Shown here piece after piece: positions 55,943 through 64,000 of a DNA stretch of 64,000 bases. The notes under the pieces were generated by a model. That model saw only the letters and a list, made by a program, of their open reading frames with translations. It ran no database searches and was not told the DNA's origin. A program made the position numbers and the translations under genes. The stretch covers positions 1 through 64,000 of the forward strand of contig JAWSUI010000010.1 of NCBI GenBank assembly GCA_033551855.1. The letters run 5' to 3'. Source of the DNA: Deferrisomatales bacterium (GTDB taxonomy: Bacteria > Desulfobacterota > Deferrisomatia > Deferrisomatales > JACRMM01). Every line of letters starts with the position of its first letter. Position 1 is the first letter of the stretch.

Positions 55943-56368
55943 ATGCCGCGCGCCGACTTCTACGAAATCCGGGGCCCCCGCTGGGAACTGGCACTGTGCC
56001 GGCAGGTGGAGGCCGCCTACGAGGCGGGGGAGCGCGTGTGCGTGCAGGCCGGCTCGGAGGCCGAGGCCCGGCGTCTGGACGAGCTCCTGTGGACTTTTCG
56101 CGACGAGGCGTTCGTGCCCCACGACCTCTGCCGGGGGGAGCTCCGGGCGACGACGCCCGTGGCCGTTGGTTGGCGCCCGGGCAACCCGAACGACGCGACC
56201 TGTCTCGTGCTGGCCCGGGACGCCGCCCCCCAGGAGGCCGTCGGCTTCGATCGGGTCGTGGACTTCGCCCCGGTGGACATGCCGGATCTCGTCGCCCTGA
56301 CCCGCCGCCGCTACCGGGCCTTCCGGGACGCCGGTTTCGCCGTCGCGTTCCACAAGGCCCCGGACTGA
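55943..56368 (+). CDS. holC: DNA polymerase III subunit chi
   Basis: ADFY, LDELLWTF..EAFVPH, RRRYRAFRDAG. Confidence 0.85.
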   Translation: MPRADFYEIRGPRWELALCRQVEAAYEAGERVCVQAGSEAEARRLDELLWTFRDEAFVPHDLCRGELRATTPVAVGWRPGNPNDATCLVLARDAAPQEAVGFDRVVDFAPVDMPDLVALTRRRYRAFRDAGFAVAFHKAPD

Positions 56369-56519
56369 CGCATGCCTCACCGGGAACCCGGACCCCGGGC
56401 CATGAGAGCGTTTTAATTTCCACCTAACCCCTCCCTCATCTTCCGGTGCCAAGGTATCGGGTCGACGCGCTGCGAGCGTGGCGGCTCGTCCCCCGCGGCA
56501 AGCACAGGAGGCGGAAGCG

Positions 56520-57455
56520 ATGATCCAGGCGGAGAGCCTGACCAAGTACTATGGGGAGGTGAAAGCCCTCGACGGGGTCTCCTTCCGCGTAGAGCAGGGA
56601 GAGATCGTGGGTCTCCTGGGGCCCAACGGGGCCGGGAAGACCACGGCCATGAAGATCCTCACCTGCTTCCTCCCCCCCTCCTCGGGAACGGCGCGCGTAG
56701 CGGGCCGCGACATCTTCGAAGAACCCCTGGCGGTGAAGCGAAGCGTGGGATACCTCCCCGAGGAGCCCCCGGTCTACACCGAGCTCACCGTGGAGGAGTA
56801 CCTGGCCTACGCCGGCCGCCTGAAGGGGCTCGCCCGGGGCGAGGTGAAGCCGGCCCGGAGCCGGGCCATGGACAAGTGCGGACTGGGGGACGTGGCGGGG
56901 CGCCTCATCGGAAACCTCTCGAAGGGGTACCGACAGCGGGTCGGCCTGGCCCAGGCGCTGATCCACAACCCCCCGGTGCTCATCCTCGACGAGCCCACCG
57001 TCGGCCTCGACCCCGCCCAGATCATCGAGATCCGCGGCCTGATCCAAGAGCTCGCCCGGGAGCACACCGTGGTGCTCTCGACCCACATCCTCCCGGAAGT
57101 CACGGCCACCTGTCAGCGGGTGATCATCATCAACGAAGGCGCCATCGTCGCGGTGGACACGTACGAGAACCTCTCCCAACAGGTGGGCACCAGTCGGCGC
57201 ATCCTGCTCAAGGTGAGCCGTCCCGGCCCCGAGCTGACCGACAAGCTCCTCGCCCTGCCGGGCGTGCTGGCAGTGGAGAGACAGGAAGACGGAGCGTTTC
57301 GCGTCGAGTCTCGCCAGGACCGGGACCTCCGGGAAGAGGTGGCCCGAACCGCGGTGGAGAGCGGGGCGGGCCTGCTGGAGCTCGCCGGTGTCGCCGTTAG
57401 TCTGGAGGAGGTGTTCCTGCGGCTCACCACAGAGGACAAGGAGGGCACCGCATGA
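56520..57455 (+). CDS. ABC-2 transporter ATP-binding protein (GldA-like)
   Basis: GPNGAGKT, LSKGYRQRVG, ILDEPT. Confidence 0.92.
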   Translation: MIQAESLTKYYGEVKALDGVSFRVEQGEIVGLLGPNGAGKTTAMKILTCFLPPSSGTARVAGRDIFEEPLAVKRSVGYLPEEPPVYTELTVEEYLAYAGRLKGLARGEVKPARSRAMDKCGLGDVAGRLIGNLSKGYRQRVGLAQALIHNPPVLILDEPTVGLDPAQIIEIRGLIQELAREHTVVLSTHILPEVTATCQRVIIINEGAIVAVDTYENLSQQVGTSRRILLKVSRPGPELTDKLLALPGVLAVERQEDGAFRVESRQDRDLREEVARTAVESGAGLLELAGVAVSLEEVFLRLTTEDKEGTA

Positions 57456-58225
57456 GTCGCATGGCGACCATCGCCGCAAAGGAGATGCGCACCTACCTGG
57501 TCTCGCCCGTGGCCTGGGTCGTCGCAACCGTCTTCCTGGCGGTCACGGGCCTGCTCTTCTACAACATGATGGCCTGGTACAGCCTCCAGAGCTTCCAGAT
57601 GCTCCAGTTCCAGGGGGCCACCGGCCAGGTCGGCCAGCTCAACGTGAACCGGTTGGTCTTCGAGCCCACCTTCCAGAACATGGCGGTGGTCCTGCTGCTG
57701 GTCGTCCCCATCGTGACCATGCGGCTGCTGGCGGAGGAGAAGAAGGGACGCACGGCCCAGCTCCTGTTCACGTCGCCGGTGCGGCTGGGGGAGATCGTGG
57801 CCGGAAAGTACGCGGCGGCGGTGGCCCTGCTCTCCATGGTCCTGCTCCTGACCGGCTACATGCCCCTCCTCGTGTGGGCGTACGGATCTCTCGAGTGGGG
57901 GCCGATCGCGACCAGCTACCTGGGGATGGTGCTCCTGGTGGGCGCCTTCGTCTCCTTCGGCCTGTTCGCCTCGAGCCTCACCGAGAACCAGGTCGTGGCA
58001 GCCGTCCTGACCTTCGGCATCCTCTTGATCTTCTGGCTCCTTGGGTGGGCGTCCCAGACCGGGGGCGACCTCGCCCCGCTGTTCGAGCACCTCTCGATCA
58101 TCACGCATCTCGACCCGTTCCTCCGGGGCGTCGTGGAGCTCAAGGACGTGGTCTACTACCTCTCCGTCTCGTCCTTCGGGCTCTTCCTGACCCATCGCGT
58201 GCTCGACTCGGCCCGCTGGAGGTGA
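57452..58225 (+). CDS. ABC-2 permease (GldF-like)
   Basis: TMRLLAEEKKG, SSLTENQVVA, six TMs. Confidence 0.88.
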   Translation: MSRMATIAAKEMRTYLVSPVAWVVATVFLAVTGLLFYNMMAWYSLQSFQMLQFQGATGQVGQLNVNRLVFEPTFQNMAVVLLLVVPIVTMRLLAEEKKGRTAQLLFTSPVRLGEIVAGKYAAAVALLSMVLLLTGYMPLLVWAYGSLEWGPIATSYLGMVLLVGAFVSFGLFASSLTENQVVAAVLTFGILLIFWLLGWASQTGGDLAPLFEHLSIITHLDPFLRGVVELKDVVYYLSVSSFGLFLTHRVLDSARWR

Positions 58226-58230
58226 GCGCC

Positions 58231-59775
58231 ATGCGCCAACTCGACCACCCCCGCGTCACGACCCGCACCACCAGCAAACTGGCCGGCATCGGAGGCGCCC
58301 TGCTGGTGCTCGCCGCCCTCTTCGTCGCCAGCTACTACCCGGACCAGAGGGGGATCCTGGCCGTGCTCGGGGTGGTCGGGGCGGCGGCCCTGCTCTTCTT
58401 CTTCATCGCCGAACGCCGGCTCGTCGCCGGGTTGCCGGGCAGCCGGACGGCCAGGTACGGTGCGAACGCGGCCGTGATGACCCTGGCCTTCGTCGGCATC
58501 CTCGTGATCCTCAACGTGCTCGCCATCCGCCACAACGCCCGCTGGGATCTCACCGCGGACCGCCGCTTCACCCTCTCGGACCAGACCTTGAAGGTGCTCC
58601 GGGCGCTGGAGCGGGAGGTGGTCGTGACGGCCTTCTTCTCCGACGCCTCCGAAGCCCGGGTCCGGATAAAGCGCCTCCTGGACGACTTCTCGGACCACAG
58701 CAGCCGGGTGCGGGTCTCCTTCGTGGACCCGGATCGGAATCCCGCCCTGGCCCAGCAGCACGGGATCCGGGAGTACGGCACCACCGTGTTCGCGAGCGGG
58801 GAGCAGACCTACCGGATTACGGAGACCACCGAGGAGGCGGCCACCAACGCCCTGGTGCGGGTGACCCGGGAAGGGCAGAAGACGATCTGTTTCCTCTCCG
58901 GGCACGGGGAGAGGGCCGTGTACGACAGCCAGCGCAGGGGGTACTCCTCCGCCGGGAGGGCCCTGGAGGAGCAGGGGTATGCCGTCCGCGAGATCCTGCT
59001 CCTACGGGAGACCGAGGTGCCCGCCGAGTGTGCGGTCCTGGTCATCGCAGGGCCCACCAAGCCCCTGCTGGATCCCGAGCGCGAGCTCCTGGGGACCTAC
59101 CTGGAGGAAGGGGGCAAGGCGCTGGTGCTGGTGGACCCCCAGACCGAGACCGGTCTGGAGCCCCTCCTGGAGCAGTGGGGAATCCGGCTGCGCGACGACG
59201 TGATCATCGACACCATGAGCCGGCTCTTCGGGGGCTCCTACACCACCCCCATCATCACCGACTACCCACCCCACGAGGTGACCCAAGGCTTTCAACTCGC
59301 GACCTTCCTCGCCGTCGCCCGGAGCCTGGAGGAGAGTCGGCTCCCCGAGGGGGCCTCCTTCCATCCCCTCGCCCGTACGACCCCCCAGTCCTGGGGCGAG
59401 ACGGATCTCCAGGGAGATCAGGCTGCCTTCGACCCGGCCGAGGACCACAAGGGCCCGCTCACGGTGGCCGCTCTGGTGGAGCGGACGGGCGACGACGGCC
59501 TGCCGGGAACCCAGCTCATCGTCGTGGGCGATTCCGACTTTGCGGACAACACCTACTTCGGCTACTCGGGCAACGGCGACCTCTTCCAGAACCTGGTGAG
59601 CTACCTGGCCAAGGAGGAGGATCTGATCTCCATACGCCCGAGGGACGCCAGGCCGTCGCCCCTGATGCTCAGCCGCGCCCAGGGCGCCACCCTGTTCTAC
59701 GGGAGCGTCGTCGTGGGCCCCCTGCTGCTGGTTCTGGCCGGTCTGGGTATCTGGTGGCGGCGCAGGAATCTGTAG
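58231..59775 (+). CDS. GldG-family ABC auxiliary protein
   Basis: WDLTAD..FTLSDQT, FLSGHGE, VVGDSDF, C-terminal TM and WWRRR. Confidence 0.85.
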   Translation: MRQLDHPRVTTRTTSKLAGIGGALLVLAALFVASYYPDQRGILAVLGVVGAAALLFFFIAERRLVAGLPGSRTARYGANAAVMTLAFVGILVILNVLAIRHNARWDLTADRRFTLSDQTLKVLRALEREVVVTAFFSDASEARVRIKRLLDDFSDHSSRVRVSFVDPDRNPALAQQHGIREYGTTVFASGEQTYRITETTEEAATNALVRVTREGQKTICFLSGHGERAVYDSQRRGYSSAGRALEEQGYAVREILLLRETEVPAECAVLVIAGPTKPLLDPERELLGTYLEEGGKALVLVDPQTETGLEPLLEQWGIRLRDDVIIDTMSRLFGGSYTTPIITDYPPHEVTQGFQLATFLAVARSLEESRLPEGASFHPLARTTPQSWGETDLQGDQAAFDPAEDHKGPLTVAALVERTGDDGLPGTQLIVVGDSDFADNTYFGYSGNGDLFQNLVSYLAKEEDLISIRPRDARPSPLMLSRAQGATLFYGSVVVGPLLLVLAGLGIWWRRRNL

Positions 59776-59785
59776 GGGGCACGTC

Positions 59786-61138
59786 ATGAAGTTCAAGGGC
59801 ACGTGGATCCTGCTGGCGGCCCTGGCCGCCTTGGTCGCCTACTTCTACGGCGTGGAGGAGCCCCGCCAGGAAGCGCGCCGGCAGGCCGAGGATCGGTCGG
59901 CGCTCCTGCTTCCCGGCTTCGAGGCAGACCGCGTGACCGAGGTCTCCCTGGAGGGAACCGGGGGCGTCCTGCGCCTCGCCAAGGCCGAGGACGGCGCCTG
60001 GTCCGTCCTGGAACCCTGGAACGACCGGGCCGACAGTGGCCGGGTCCGCAGCCTCCTCGCCGCCCTGGGGGAGCTGAAGGCGAGCCGCGAGGTCGCCGGC
60101 GCCGACGCCGATCTGGGTCCTTTCGGGCTGGAGGAACCGGAAGTGGCGGTGGCGACGCGGGGGGCCGAAGCCCGTGTCGCGGTGGGGGGGCTCAACCCAG
60201 CCGGTGACTTCCGGTACGTGCGCGCGGGGGAGGGTCCGGTCCACCTCGTCCCCGGTCACGGCCTCGCCGCTCTCCTGGGCGACCCCGCGGATTTCCGGAG
60301 CAAGGACGTCCTGGGTGACTTCCCCTGGTCGGCCCTTGCCGGCTTGGAGGTGCGTACCCCCGGCGGGGAGGCCCTGCGGCTGACCCGGGCCGGGGAAGAC
60401 TGGACCATCGAGGCCCCCTTGTCGGCGGCCGCCGATCCCGAGGCCGTGGGGCGCCTCACGGAGAAGCTGCGGTGGGCCCGCGTCGCCGGCTTCCTCGACG
60501 AGGATCCGGGTGTCGTGGACCAGCGGCTCGCGGATGGCACGACCGTCACCGTCCGGGGGGCCGGGGGGGAGGAGGCGACCCTGCGGCTGGCAGAGGTGGA
60601 CGGCAGCGTTTGGGCGGCCCGGGTGGGCCGGGACGCCTGGTTCACCGTGGCCGAGGACGTTCTCGACACCGTGCAGGTGCCGGCCGAGGCGTTGCGGCGC
60701 CGCAAGCCCCTCCTCCTGCGCGGCTGGAAGGCAGAGCGCCTGGAGCTCCGGCTGGCGGACCCGATTGCGGAGAAGTCGCTGACGTACGGCAAGGAGGACG
60801 GCCTCTGGGCCCGCGAGGGGGCGCAGGTGACGGGGGACGAGCTGGCTGCCCTCCAGGACTACCTGTGGGTGCTCGAGACCGCGGCGGCGGCCGAGATCCT
60901 CGACAGCACCGCTGCCGACGCGGAGCATGGCCTCGACGAACCGGTCCTCATGGCGCGGGTCGAGGAGGCAGACGGCGTCGTGCAGGGCTTTGCTCTGGGG
61001 CTGCGAGACGACGCCCTCTTCGCCCGTTCGAGCGAAGGCGGGCCCGTGTACCGGATGCCGGAGGAGTACCTCGACAAAGCCCAGGCCCTCTTCGCCACCG
61101 CCCGCCCGGGCGGGGAGCCGGCGCCCCAGACGGAGTAG
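59786..61138 (+). CDS. DUF4340-domain protein
   Basis: N-terminal anchor; repeated FGLEEP / HGLDEP units; usual position after GldG. Confidence 0.75.
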   Translation: MKFKGTWILLAALAALVAYFYGVEEPRQEARRQAEDRSALLLPGFEADRVTEVSLEGTGGVLRLAKAEDGAWSVLEPWNDRADSGRVRSLLAALGELKASREVAGADADLGPFGLEEPEVAVATRGAEARVAVGGLNPAGDFRYVRAGEGPVHLVPGHGLAALLGDPADFRSKDVLGDFPWSALAGLEVRTPGGEALRLTRAGEDWTIEAPLSAAADPEAVGRLTEKLRWARVAGFLDEDPGVVDQRLADGTTVTVRGAGGEEATLRLAEVDGSVWAARVGRDAWFTVAEDVLDTVQVPAEALRRRKPLLLRGWKAERLELRLADPIAEKSLTYGKEDGLWAREGAQVTGDELAALQDYLWVLETAAAAEILDSTAADAEHGLDEPVLMARVEEADGVVQGFALGLRDDALFARSSEGGPVYRMPEEYLDKAQALFATARPGGEPAPQTE

Positions 61139-61236
61139 CCCTCAGGCCTCCTGTGCGTCTCGGGCGGGTCGACCGCCTCCATCGGGTCCCCAGGGCGCCG
61201 CTTGCAACGGGCCCCTTTCGAAGAGAGACCATATAC

Positions 61237-61445
61237 GGTTCTTCCGGTAAACGACCGGGTGGGCCCGCCCACTCCGGCAGACGAGGCCGGGCTGCACGGT
61301 AGGTGTTCTCCCCCGCCGCGTCCGGAATCCTCGCGACATCGCGACTCCCGAAGCGGCTGCTCACGTCGAGCGGCCGTCCGCCTACGTGGTCGGGCCCACC
61401 CGATCGTCCCTGGACACGAGTACCCGGTCATTTCCCGGATGATCC
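61237..61445 (+). mobile_element. 209-bp MITE, ISL3-type ends, copy B3
   Basis: Near-identical to B1 and B2; flanks CCATATAC / CTATATAC (7 of 8 match). Confidence 0.85.
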
Positions 61446-61578
61446 CTATATACTACGGCGAGAGTTGCGTCCGTGTCGGGCGTGGGGCCTTCCTGGAGGG
61501 CGGGCAGGCGGCCTCACCCCCCGGGACCCCGCGTGGAGCGCGGTCCTTCCGCCCCTTTCCTCCGTACCGGGTGAGATC

Positions 61579-62496
61579 ATGGACCACGTGACCGCCCTCG
61601 TGGCGGAATGGAGCGGCCTGACGCCCGAGACGATCCGCGGCCTCGTCCGTTCGTGCGCCATCCTCCTGCTGATGCTCGTGGCGCGGTTCGTGGCCCTGCG
61701 CATCGTCAGGAGGCACGTCGAGGATACGCGGAACCGGTACCGCTGGCGCCGGGCCATCAACTACCTGATCGGCATCCTCGGCCTGCTCTTGCTCACGCGG
61801 ATCTGGACGAGCGGGTTGCGGGACATCGGCGTGTTTCTGGGACTGGCTTCGGCGGGGCTGGCGATATCGCTGCGCGACCCGATCGTGTGCCTCGTGGGGT
61901 GGGCGTTCATCCTGATCCGCCGACCGTATCAGGTGGGAGACCGGGTACAGATCGGGCAGCATCGGGGGGACGTCATCGACATCCGCCTTTTTCAGACGTA
62001 CCTGATGGAGTGCGGGGAGTGGGTCGACGGGGACCAGTCCACCGGACGCATCCTTCTGGTCCCGAACAACGCGGTGTTCTCGTCGCCCCTCGCCAACTAC
62101 ACCTATGGCTTCGCCTACATCTGGGATGAGCTCGTCGTGCGGCTGACCTTCGAGAGCGACTGGCAGCGGGCGAAGCAGCTCTTGGGCGAGATCGCCGACA
62201 CCCAGATGGCCCCGCACTGCAAGGACGCCCAGGAGCAGATCCGCGAGGCAGCAGCCCAGCACATGATCTTCTTCCAGAAGCTCACCCCGATCGTCTACAC
62301 GTCCGTTCGAGAGTGGGGCGTGCAGCTGACCGTGCGCTACCTGACGCCGGTTCGCCAGCGGCGGGGGTCGTCGGAGCGGCTGTGGGAGGCGATACTCGGG
62401 GCCTTCGCGAGGGAGCCCCGCATCCGCTTCGCCTACCCCACCACCCGTTTTGCCCGCGGCGAGGGCCCAGCGCTTCCTCCCCCGCCCGCGGGATGA
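61579..62496 (+). CDS. mscS: Small-conductance mechanosensitive channel family protein
   Basis: RPYQVGDRVQIG, QSTGR..VPN, FAYPT. Confidence 0.88.
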   Translation: MDHVTALVAEWSGLTPETIRGLVRSCAILLLMLVARFVALRIVRRHVEDTRNRYRWRRAINYLIGILGLLLLTRIWTSGLRDIGVFLGLASAGLAISLRDPIVCLVGWAFILIRRPYQVGDRVQIGQHRGDVIDIRLFQTYLMECGEWVDGDQSTGRILLVPNNAVFSSPLANYTYGFAYIWDELVVRLTFESDWQRAKQLLGEIADTQMAPHCKDAQEQIREAAAQHMIFFQKLTPIVYTSVREWGVQLTVRYLTPVRQRRGSSERLWEAILGAFAREPRIRFAYPTTRFARGEGPALPPPPAG

Positions 62497-62513
62497 CCGG
62501 AACGCTCTCGCCC

Positions 62514-63230
62514 TCAGGCAGCGTCCAAGGCCGCCGGAAGCTTCCGCAGGTCTTCGATGCGGGGCACTGGGGCCGGGCAGCTCCCCTCCCTGTCCAGCAG
62601 CATCCCCCGCAGCCCGGCCCGCGCCGCGCCGAAGACGTCTTCCCGCAGGAGGTCCCCCACGTAAAGGACCTCGGCCGGTTTCCGGCCCAACCGGCGGGCA
62701 CCCTCTAGAAAGATCGCTGCATCGGGCTTCTCCGCCCCGAGCTCGGCCGACGTGAGCACGAACCGAAAGCGCCGGGTCAGGCCCAGCCCTCGGAGAACCG
62801 GGTGCAGGCGGCTGTCCCAGTTGGAGAGCACCCCCAGGGGAAGTCCCCGGGCAGCGAGGGCTTCCAGGCAGGGGAGGACGTCGGGGAACGTCTGCCAGTG
62901 CCGGGACTCCTCGAACTCCCGGTAGAGCTCCTCGAAGAAGGAGTCGAACCGACCCCGAAGGCCGTCCCGGCTGCCGGCGTCCCGAAACACCTCCTCCACG
63001 AGGCCTCGCCACCAGGCCCGTTCCCGTTCCGGGGAGTGGGGCCGGGAGACGGCCTGGAGAAACCCCTCCTTCCGTTGTCGAAAGCTCTTCCGGAACCCCT
63101 CCTCCAGGGCACCGGCGTCCGCGTGCAGACCATGGCGGCGGGCCACTTCGGCGTAGACGGCGCCCACGCTCCCCCGCACCCGGATGAGGGTGTTGCCGGC
63201 GTCGAAGAGGACTCCCCGAATCGGTCCCAT
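62514..63230 (-). CDS. HAD-superfamily hydrolase (HAD-IA, REG-2-like)
   Basis: FDAGNTL, LSNWD, EKPD, YVGD...DV.GA. Confidence 0.9.
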   Translation of the reverse strand: MGPIRGVLFDAGNTLIRVRGSVGAVYAEVARRHGLHADAGALEEGFRKSFRQRKEGFLQAVSRPHSPERERAWWRGLVEEVFRDAGSRDGLRGRFDSFFEELYREFEESRHWQTFPDVLPCLEALAARGLPLGVLSNWDSRLHPVLRGLGLTRRFRFVLTSAELGAEKPDAAIFLEGARRLGRKPAEVLYVGDLLREDVFGAARAGLRGMLLDREGSCPAPVPRIEDLRKLPAALDAA

Positions 63231-63368
63231 TTTCCCGCTCCAAGTTGCGAAATCCCATTTCGCGTGGTACGTTGCGTCCGGGCCCGGATGGTTTCGGCGA
63301 CGGGCAACGGCCGCCGTCCGTCGACCCGGTCCCGTCCCCAGGGTACCGAATCAGAGGGGCAGCACGCC

Positions 63369-64000
63369 ATGCGCTACGTGGTCGTGGGCGCGAGTGCGGC
63401 CGGCCTGGCCGCGGCGGAGGGAATCTTCGAGGTGGACCCCGGTGGGGAGGTGCTCCTCCTCTCCGAGGAGCGCCAGGCCCCCTACTGCCGCCCCCTCATC
63501 TCCTACTGGCTCGCCCGCGAGGCACCCGCGTCCCTCTTTCCCCTTCCCTCCCCCGCACTGAACCGGGGCGAGCTGCGAGCCGGCGTGAGGGCCGTCCACC
63601 TGGACGCCGGGGCGCGGAGGCTGACCCTCGCGGGCGGGGAGGTCATCCCCTACGACCGGCTCTGCCTCGCCACCGGCGCAGCCCCAAAGCCCCTGGGGCT
63701 TCCCGGAGAGGAAGCCCCGAACGTCTTCTCGTTCCGCACCCGGGCCGACGCCGAGGCCATCGAGGCCGAGCTCGGCCGGGGCGCGGGGCGAGCCCTCGTG
63801 CTCGGAGGCGGGCTCGTGGGCGTCAAGGCCGCTCTGAGCCTCGCGGCCCGGGGCCTCGAGACCGGCCTGTGCGTGGCATCGGGTTTTCCCCTTTCCCAGT
63901 CCGCCGACGAGACGGCCGGGGGGCTCGTGACACAGGCCCTCGAGAGCCGCGGTGTCCGGGTGCGCTTGGGATGCCGCCCCTCTGCCTTGCGGGTGGAGGG
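63369..64000 (+). CDS. FAD-dependent pyridine nucleotide-disulfide oxidoreductase (NirB/rubredoxin-reductase-like), runs off the window
   Basis: MRYVVVGASAAG, YCRPLIS, YDRLCLATG, VLGGGLVG. Confidence 0.85.
   Translation, partial: MRYVVVGASAAGLAAAEGIFEVDPGGEVLLLSEERQAPYCRPLISYWLAREAPASLFPLPSPALNRGELRAGVRAVHLDAGARRLTLAGGEVIPYDRLCLATGAAPKPLGLPGEEAPNVFSFRTRADAEAIEAELGRGAGRALVLGGGLVGVKAALSLAARGLETGLCVASGFPLSQSADETAGGLVTQALESRGVRVRLGCRPSALRVE

Noticed and set aside
22479..56545. Recurrent peptide GSVEAVRGCAPRLPDPA in several ORFs
   Set aside because: Translation of family A DNA in upstream or antisense ORF extensions, not a protein domain
56520..61138. Gliding-motility locus
   Set aside because: GldAFG plus DUF4340 is a widespread ABC module, and no other gliding genes are present
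46232..61591. Recurrent peptides VNDRVGPPTPADEAGLHGRCSPPP and MSRGFRTRRGRTPTVQ
   Set aside because: Translations of the MITE B copies; no RBS or transposase similarity
63247..63263. Dyad GCGAAAT-ccc-ATTTCGC between divergent genes
   Set aside because: Single occurrence with no regulator nearby; cannot be assigned
43..63599. Hundreds of long Arg/Pro/Gly-rich ORFs in the track (e.g. 9882-13052 +, 19598-22474 +, 17509-19803 +)
   Set aside because: Shadow ORFs of high-GC DNA that overlap well-supported genes and have no motifs

Overview
Very GC-rich (roughly 70% by eye) bacterial DNA. The gene content (cytochrome P460-family protein, protoglobin-PsiE, HTH-PTS IIA, GldAFG/DUF4340, ADP-forming acyl-CoA ligase) suggests an anaerobic deltaproteobacterium, possibly Deferrisoma-like; this is inference. 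About 55 real CDSs are present, and most long ORFs in the track are shadow ORFs of high-GC DNA. Recognisable genes include dapA, dapB, folK, queC, paaK, holC, efpL/yeiP, a class II photolyase, a ZnuABC-type transporter, an AttEFGH-type ABC plus lipocalin operon, a P-type ATPase and MscS. No rRNA, tRNA, CRISPR array or intact transposase was seen. The most notable non-coding signals are two dispersed repeat families. Family A is a ~200-bp rod-shaped palindromic element in 7 diverged copies, with compensatory stem changes and always a gene start beyond the same end. Family B is a 209-bp ISL3-type MITE in 3 near-identical copies with 8-bp target duplications, plus one older diverged copy. Also present are a divergent UbiA-like / polyprenyl synthase / methyltransferase trio, a deletion relic of a Hyf/Ehr-type operon behind an HTH-PTS IIA regulator with a phased operator, and a radical-SAM SPASM C-terminal relic. 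All product calls are from motif recognition by eye; no searches were run.
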